Source of the DNA: an uncultured archaeon | GTDB lineage: Archaea > Asgardarchaeota > Thorarchaeia > Thorarchaeales > Thorarchaeaceae | Assembly (NCBI GenBank): GCA_964458565.1 | Contig: CAYWJO010000001.1 | Span: forward strand, 64,001-128,000 | Direction: 5' to 3' | DNA length: 64,000 nucleotides | The notes under the pieces: model-generated | Databases searched by the model: none | Told to the model about the DNA's origin: nothing | What the model saw: the letters and a program-made list of their open reading frames with translations, nothing else | Position numbers and translations under genes: made by a program | Shown here: piece after piece, positions 57,785-64,000 of the stretch | How positions within the stretch are numbered: position 1 is the first letter of the stretch | How the letters are laid out: every line of letters begins with the position of its first letter

Positions 57785-59313
57785 TCTTCAAGCAGTGGAC
57801 CTGAAACTGATTCTACTGCGGATATGATCTCTCCGGAGTTCACTAATTCCCGAATTTTTTCTACATCAACCTGTAATACTCTATCATCTACAAGTTTTTC
57901 CACAACTTGCCTGATAGTCGAATGAGCTTCTATCAAAGGTACTGATGGTTTAAGAGGGCTAAGTAAATCGATACCTTGTGCGGCACACATGTACTCAATA
58001 GCAATGACGTTTCGAACGTTACCCAATATTTGACGCGCTTTTCGTGCAGCAATTGTACCCATACTTACATGATCCTCTTGATCTGCACTCGTAGGTATTG
58101 AGTCAACGCTAGCTGGATGGGCGAGAATCTTGTTTTCGGAGACCAAAGCAGCAGCGGTATACTGTGCAATCATCATACCTGATTCTAAGCCACTTTCATC
58201 GATGAGAAAAGCTGGTAATCCACTAAGATGTGGATTTACCAATCGATTAATTCTACGTTCTGATATATTAGCAATCTCGGACAAGGCAATACCAAGAAAG
58301 TCCATCACTAACGCGATTGGTTGACCATGAAAGTTACCACCTGAGATGACCTCGCCTTCATCGGAAAATACCAGTGGATTATCAGTCACAGAATTAATCT
58401 CGATTTCAAGTACACTCCGTACATAACGCATTGTATCAAGAGAGGCTCCAAGAACTTGAGGAATGCATCTTAGAGAATAAGCATCCTGAACTTTGCCACA
58501 GTTGGCATGCGACTGGTTAATCTCGCTGTCGTCGAGTATGTGTTTCAAAGCTTTTGCAATATCCATCTGCCCTTCATGAGGACGAATACTATGGATGCGA
58601 GCGTCAAATGCAACTCTTGTACCTCGCAATGCTTCAAGGCTTAAAGCGGAGGCGATAATTGCATCGCGCACAAGGTCGAGCGCATCAAAAATAGTGATAA
58701 CACCCAAGGAGGTCATTGGTTGAGTTCCGTTTATGAGCGCAACACCTTCTTTCGCTTCAAGGGTGAGTGTTTCAATACCCGCGGATTTCATGGCTGATTC
58801 CCCATCTATGGTCTTTCCACGATATCTTGCCTTTCCTTCACCTATCATCACTAAGACCATATGAGCTAATGGTGCGAGGTCACCACTAGATCCCACAGAC
58901 CCCTGTTCTGGAACAATTGGAGTCACGTGTTTGTTTAGCATATCGAGCAGTGTGTCCACAACTTCCAAGCGCACTCCGGAATATCCCTTTGCAAGTGAAT
59001 TAGCTCTGAGAAGCATCATTCCTCTAACAATCTCATCTGGAAAAGGATCACCAACTCCTACACTATGGCTTCGAATTAGATTAACTTGAAGACGACCTAA
59101 ATCCTCACGACCTATTGAAATACTTGCTAAATCCCCAAACCCTGTATTCACTCCATACACTGTTTTGCCTTCATCAACTGCAGTTTCAATGATTTGTCGG
59201 CTTTTTTGTATTCTCTCAATAGCGCTTTTTGCCAATAGACACGGTTCATTGAATCGTGCTACCTGTACAACATCTTCAATTGTGAGATTATTACCATCAA
59301 CTTCAATGACCAT
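57781..59313 (-). CDS. hutH: Histidine ammonia-lyase
   Basis: YGVNTGFG, GSSGDL (MIO-forming SSG variant), QDAYSLRC, GGNFHG and QEDHVSM. Confidence 0.95.
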   Translation of the reverse strand: MVIEVDGNNLTIEDVVQVARFNEPCLLAKSAIERIQKSRQIIETAVDEGKTVYGVNTGFGDLASISIGREDLGRLQVNLIRSHSVGVGDPFPDEIVRGMMLLRANSLAKGYSGVRLEVVDTLLDMLNKHVTPIVPEQGSVGSSGDLAPLAHMVLVMIGEGKARYRGKTIDGESAMKSAGIETLTLEAKEGVALINGTQPMTSLGVITIFDALDLVRDAIIASALSLEALRGTRVAFDARIHSIRPHEGQMDIAKALKHILDDSEINQSHANCGKVQDAYSLRCIPQVLGASLDTMRYVRSVLEIEINSVTDNPLVFSDEGEVISGGNFHGQPIALVMDFLGIALSEIANISERRINRLVNPHLSGLPAFLIDESGLESGMMIAQYTAAALVSENKILAHPASVDSIPTSADQEDHVSMGTIAARKARQILGNVRNVIAIEYMCAAQGIDLLSPLKPSVPLIEAHSTIRQVVEKLVDDRVLQVDVEKIRELVNSGEIISAVESVSGPLLED

Positions 59314-59498
59314 GGGAATCACCATAATTAACCAGATGATATCAAAATTGGGTCTACATTTCAAAACTAAAGGTCTCTTTAGTAATTATCGTATAGTCCA
59401 GTATAGAAATTTAATAGACAGATGTCTTAAATTCTATATTCACGTATAGACATATACACCTGTTATGTGATTCATGATAGGTTGTCAAGGTGTGAGGA

Positions 59499-60326
59499 AT
59501 GGATCTTACTATTGAGTCATGTGCGACATTGAACAATGGTGTTAAGATACCGTATTTAGGATTTGGTACATATCTTCTGGGTACAGGAAGAATCACTCAG
59601 AGTGCAATCTTACATGCACTCTTAGCAGGATACAGACATATTGATACTGCTAAGTTTTATCGAAATGAACGCGATATCAGTATCGCGATTAAACAGACTG
59701 AAATTCCGCGAGAAGAGATATTCATTGCGACCGAATTATGGAATATAGATCAAGGGTATGATTCAACCCTTGCAGCATGTGATCAAAGTCTCTCACAACT
59801 AGAAACAGATTATATTGACCTCTATCTCATGCATTGGCCAGTAACAGATATTCGACTTGAAACATGGAAAGCGATGGAAAAATTATTCGATGATGGAAAA
59901 TGTCGAGCCATAGGAGTAAGTAATTTCACAATCAAACATCTGGAGGAGCTGCTTGATAATTCGAGTGTAGTTCCTACAGTGAATCAAGTCGAGTTTCATC
60001 CATTCCTGTATCAAAAGAAACTCTTGGAATACTGCCGAAGCAATAGTATACAACTAGAGGCATACAGTCCTTTAACAAAAGGAAGAAAACTCAACGAACC
60101 AGTCTTGCAGACAATTGCCCAACGGTACGAGAAGACTCCGGCACAGATTCTTATTAGATGGGTATTGGAACATAGAGTTGTCACAATCCCAAAATCCAGA
60201 AATCGAGAGAGAATTCGAGAGAATGCAGATGTGTTTGATTTTTCAATCTCACCTGAAGATATGACTGTTCTAAATGTACTTAATGATAATTTTAGGGCTA
60301 GTTGGGATCCGACGTTTGTGGTTTAG
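59499..60326 (+). CDS. Aldo/keto reductase
   Basis: GYRHIDTA, DLYLMHWP, IGVSNF, NQVEFHP and IPKS; the usual catalytic ITTK segment reads IATE. Confidence 0.9.
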   Translation: MDLTIESCATLNNGVKIPYLGFGTYLLGTGRITQSAILHALLAGYRHIDTAKFYRNERDISIAIKQTEIPREEIFIATELWNIDQGYDSTLAACDQSLSQLETDYIDLYLMHWPVTDIRLETWKAMEKLFDDGKCRAIGVSNFTIKHLEELLDNSSVVPTVNQVEFHPFLYQKKLLEYCRSNSIQLEAYSPLTKGRKLNEPVLQTIAQRYEKTPAQILIRWVLEHRVVTIPKSRNRERIRENADVFDFSISPEDMTVLNVLNDNFRASWDPTFVV

Positions 60327-60335
60327 ATATTGTTT

Positions 60336-62360
60336 CTATTTTAGTCGCTTCTTCACAATATCTTCAACAAAACCTTCTTCGGAAATATACGGTAAGGTGA
60401 TGTGCCCTTTGTCACCCATCATCTGATTCCATTCAAATACGGTTTCTAGGGCATGCTCGTTACGAGCCCACGCACGCCGTGCTACGCCCCCCATTACATC
60501 CCAGTCAAGCGCGATCCGGATAATGTCATCAACTCTCTGGCTACCATCTAGTACTAGGCCAAAACCACCATTAATCGCTTTCCCAATTCCAACTCCACCA
60601 CCATTAGAGAGAACGCAGAGTGTCATTCCTCTGGTAGTGTTACCCGCCCATACCTGATGTGCCATATCACTGGTAATGTTACTTCCATCATGGATGTTAG
60701 CAGTTTCCCTGAAGGGAGAATCAGTACCGCCCGTATCATGATGGTCTCTACCAAGCATGATAGGACCACACTTGCCTTCACGTACTGCTTTATTGAACTC
60801 CAATGCTGTTTTTACACGTGTACCTGCATCTGCATAAAGTATTCGTGCTTGGGAGCCGACAACAAGTGAGTTCTTCTCAGCATCTCTGATCCAGATGTAG
60901 TTGTCACGATCTTGTCCACGTCTATTTGGGTCCATACAGGACATTGCAATCTGATCGGTAGTTCTTAGATCTTCATGTTTTCCACTCAAACATACCCATC
61001 TGAATGGACCATAACCATAATCAAAACAAAGAGGCCCCATAATATCTTCCACATAGGAAGGAAAGATGAATCCTTCAGATGTATCCCTTCCGTTCTTTGC
61101 GATCTCTACTACACCAGCATCAAACACTGCTTTCATGAAGCTGTTTCCATAGTCCCAGAAGAAGGTGCCACGATCGGACATGTGTTTGATTAGTTCGAAC
61201 TGTCTGCGAAGAGATTTGTCAACAAGTTGGTTGAACTTTTCCCGATTGGTCTTTAACAGTTCACGGCCTTCTTCAAAGGTTACTCCTTGTGGTGTATATC
61301 CTCCTTCATAGACAGCATGACATGAAGTCTGATCGGACGCAAGTTCCACTACAATATCTTTCTGGACTATGTACTCCCAAAGGTCAACAATATTGCCATA
61401 GTAACCAATCGAAACTGCTTCACCGTTTTGCCGATATTCCTCCACCCATTCAAAGACTTCATCCAGACTAGCAGTCCACCTACCTAACCAACCCTGTTCA
61501 CTTCTCGTTTCGATACGACTCTTATCGACTTCAGCGATAATCCCTATACCACCAGAGATTTCCACTGCCTTAGCTTGTGCTCCACTCATTCCACCCAGAC
61601 CGGAAGTTAGGAAAACGATCCCCGACAGATTCTTGTCCTCAGGGATTCCAAGGTACATTCTGCCAGCATTGAGTAGTGTGATGTATGTTCCATGAACAAT
61701 CCCCTGAGGTCCTATATACATCCAGCCACCAGCTGTCATCTGACCATAGTTATTTACACCCATCTGTGAACCCCAGTGAAAGTCCTTGGGATTGTCAAAC
61801 ATGCCGACCATTAAGCCATTTGTAGAGATTACTCTGGGCGCATCACGCTTTGTAGGAAAGAGACCGATTGGATGACCAGAACTGACAACAAGAGTCTGTT
61901 CCTCAGTCATTACTTCCAAATATTTTTTGATTAACTGGTACTGCATCCAATTCTGACACACCTGACCGCTTTCACCATATGTAACAAGCTCATATGGATA
62001 CAGAGCTACATCAAAATCTAGATTGTTGTCAATCATGAGCTGGAGCGCACGAGCCTCAACAATGCCACTGTAATTATCAATAGGTTTGGCTCTAATGGCT
62101 TCCTTTGGACGATATCTATAACCATAGATTCTACCTCTTATAACAAGCTCTTCCAAAAATTCTTCTGCAAGTACAGAGTGTAAACTGTTAGGTACATATC
62201 TCAAAGCATTTTTCACTGCAATAACGGTTTCAGTTTCAGTTAGATTGTACTCTCTATTTGGAGCCCGCCTATATTTTGGATTAAACGTGGCCTCAGAAGG
62301 TAATTCGGAATCTAATTTTATGATCATTGCTTTGGATAGATTATGCTTCATAGGCATCAC
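60336..62360 (-). CDS. hutU: Urocanate hydratase (long, eukaryote-like type)
   Basis: YGQMTAGGWMYIGPQGIVHGT, GLGGMSGAQ, SDQTSCH and GRDHHD; 674 aa. Confidence 0.95.
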   Translation of the reverse strand: MMPMKHNLSKAMIIKLDSELPSEATFNPKYRRAPNREYNLTETETVIAVKNALRYVPNSLHSVLAEEFLEELVIRGRIYGYRYRPKEAIRAKPIDNYSGIVEARALQLMIDNNLDFDVALYPYELVTYGESGQVCQNWMQYQLIKKYLEVMTEEQTLVVSSGHPIGLFPTKRDAPRVISTNGLMVGMFDNPKDFHWGSQMGVNNYGQMTAGGWMYIGPQGIVHGTYITLLNAGRMYLGIPEDKNLSGIVFLTSGLGGMSGAQAKAVEISGGIGIIAEVDKSRIETRSEQGWLGRWTASLDEVFEWVEEYRQNGEAVSIGYYGNIVDLWEYIVQKDIVVELASDQTSCHAVYEGGYTPQGVTFEEGRELLKTNREKFNQLVDKSLRRQFELIKHMSDRGTFFWDYGNSFMKAVFDAGVVEIAKNGRDTSEGFIFPSYVEDIMGPLCFDYGYGPFRWVCLSGKHEDLRTTDQIAMSCMDPNRRGQDRDNYIWIRDAEKNSLVVGSQARILYADAGTRVKTALEFNKAVREGKCGPIMLGRDHHDTGGTDSPFRETANIHDGSNITSDMAHQVWAGNTTRGMTLCVLSNGGGVGIGKAINGGFGLVLDGSQRVDDIIRIALDWDVMGGVARRAWARNEHALETVFEWNQMMGDKGHITLPYISEEGFVEDIVKKRLK

Positions 62361-62415
62361 CTTGGAACAGAATTGAATGTTGTTTGGTATAATTTATGCA
62401 TTCCTGAACATAGTG

Positions 62416-63369
62416 TTATGGTTCATTAAGTGGTTGAATCTTAGGTAGCTTATCTGCGAAACCACCTTCGAGAAGCATAGTTTTCAATTCTCGAGTGCGG
62501 GGTCCTTCAAAGTAATCGTGATAAATCCCTATCAACGCTTGAGCACTCTTGATGAAAGTTTCTCGTCTAAGAGACCGGACTACTTCTTCGAGTTCAGTCA
62601 GATTATCTACCGCCATCAAGCAGAAGAATACTGGTTCTGTAGCTGAGATATATATCTCCCAGAAAGGAAGTGTGTAAGATGATTCTAATTTCTGGTGTAT
62701 TTCTGAAGGTATTATCTGTCGCTCGTCATAAGTGCACTTGACAAGGAATGGAAGACTATTTGCAGCTCCCAACTCCAATAGCGCTGTGAAACGTATACCT
62801 TCACCGTTTATGAGCTCGTTTAGTGCTCTGCGAACTCTACGAGCTGAAAATCCTGTTTCCTTGACTATTTCAACGATTGACATCCGTGCATCTTTGATCA
62901 AAGGCGATATTACCTGCAAATGCAATTTTGAAAGGTTCATTTTCTTACCGGGATTGCCTAGAAATGTGTGAAATTCCACAGATTCCACACCATCAAGACC
63001 CCGAAGGAAAGATCCAATACTAGCTAAATCAACTGAGGTAATATATTCAGCAATTAGTGCGTAGTTTCCATCGGTGTATGCTGCAGCTGCCACTACAAAG
63101 GGATTTTGCCCTATGGTATTCACATACTCACGTTCATCTATTGACCCATTGGACTTTATGAGTCCAAAGAGGGCATTCGCATTAATCATTGCAGGCCGCA
63201 GGGTAATAGAATATCCTGCAATGACACCGTTCTCTTCTAGTTTCTGAACGCGTCTCTTGATTGCATTGGCGGTAATTCCAAACTTGCGGGATAGTTCTTC
63301 ATACGTTATTCTACAATTAGATGCTAACTGTGCCAGAATTCCCTTGTCAATGATATCCACGAATATCAC
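62416..63369 (-). CDS. Duplicated Lrp/AsnC-type regulator
   Basis: Two HTH-plus-effector units (DIIDKGIL..NCRITYEELS; DARMSIVEIVKETG). Confidence 0.8.
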   Translation of the reverse strand: MIFVDIIDKGILAQLASNCRITYEELSRKFGITANAIKRRVQKLEENGVIAGYSITLRPAMINANALFGLIKSNGSIDEREYVNTIGQNPFVVAAAAYTDGNYALIAEYITSVDLASIGSFLRGLDGVESVEFHTFLGNPGKKMNLSKLHLQVISPLIKDARMSIVEIVKETGFSARRVRRALNELINGEGIRFTALLELGAANSLPFLVKCTYDERQIIPSEIHQKLESSYTLPFWEIYISATEPVFFCLMAVDNLTELEEVVRSLRRETFIKSAQALIGIYHDYFEGPRTRELKTMLLEGGFADKLPKIQPLNEP

Positions 63370-63483
63370 CTATCTCGAAGACAACTATCATCGGATAACT
63401 CCTGCCTCATAAGATATTCGAATTGGAAAGAAGATTTGTATCTGAAGCAAAGACCTTTACGCCCAGATGTGATTGGAGTCTTC

Positions 63484-63828
63484 ATGGCAAGTTCAAGAAA
63501 AAACCTTGCATCCCTGACATGCATTCCATGCAGAGGTGGAATACCCCCGTTGACTCCTGAGAAGATTGAGAAGATGATGATACTTGTCGAGGGTTGGAAT
63601 CTAAAAAATGGGCCTGATCAAATCATCAGAAAATACAGATTCAAAGACTTCAAGGAAGCTATGGTGTTCGTAAACCGTGTAGCAGAAATAGCAGAGGAAC
63701 AGAATCATCATCCCGACATCTCAATTCACTGGAATGAAGTGACTCTCACTCTCTGGACACATGCAATAAATGGGCTTTATGAAAATGATTTCATTGTTGC
63801 TGCAAAAATCGATGAAATGATGAATTGA
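63484..63828 (+). CDS. Pterin-4a-carbinolamine dehydratase
   Basis: CIPCRGG, FKDF, AEEQNHHPDI and WTHAINGL..NDF. Confidence 0.93.
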   Translation: MASSRKNLASLTCIPCRGGIPPLTPEKIEKMMILVEGWNLKNGPDQIIRKYRFKDFKEAMVFVNRVAEIAEEQNHHPDISIHWNEVTLTLWTHAINGLYENDFIVAAKIDEMMN

Positions 63829-63846
63829 ATCCGAAGGCGAGTAAGG

Positions 63847-64000
63847 ATGAGTGGTATAATTTTCTTTAGAACGAAGATGCTTGATGAATTGGTTGATTTC
63901 TATGTCACAAGAATCAAAATGAGGGTTTGGCTTGAACAGAGTGGTTGTACAATTCTTCAATACGGGGGGTTACTCGTTGGATTCTGTCAGAGAGAGATAG
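63847..64000 (+). CDS. VOC/glyoxalase-family protein (partial, runs off window end)
   Basis: Translated by hand: MSGIIFFRTKMLDELVDFYVTRIKMRVWLEQSGCTILQYGGLLVGFC. Confidence 0.6.
   Translation, partial: MSGIIFFRTKMLDELVDFYVTRIKMRVWLEQSGCTILQYGGLLVGFCQREI

Overview
This is an archaeal window, very probably Asgard and most like Thorarchaeia, judging from a Lokiactin-type actin, a two-domain gelsolin, a longin-fused Arf-like GTPase and archaeal ribosomal and tRNA-modification genes. Most of it is housekeeping: adk-DUF106-L34e-cmk-L14e-cbf5, tsr3, tiaS, S13-S4-S11, tRNA-Ser(GGA) with an intron, rnz, rdgB, tyrS, sua5-THUMP, cgi121 and hutI/hutH/hutU. Two things stand out. (1) The actin gene (minus strand, 45542-46711) is interrupted 21 codons before its end by a 30-nt insert (45606-45635) that folds into a canonical bulge-helix-bulge (BHB) motif. 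Removing it at the positions the archaeal tRNA splicing endonuclease would cut restores the actin C-terminus ([24 protein letters not shown]); the unspliced RNA has a stop codon formed across the 3' junction. This looks like a tRNA-type intron in an actin mRNA. (2) Downstream of cbf5, the 5' end (7662-7747) and 3' end (10472-10495) of one RNase P RNA gene flank a ~2.7-kb insert. The insert carries a second, complete but diverged RNase P RNA gene, a HEPN-motif gene with an internal stop, and an N-terminally truncated TnpB whose presumed guide would be the old allele's 3' end. Also seen: three genes that need non-canonical start codons (CTG or ATC), an apparently catalytically dead MCM-like protein, a wHTH-CARF-like/RNase III-like pair divergent from actin, and a BBS2-like propeller. 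All family calls come from motif recognition by eye; no searches were run.
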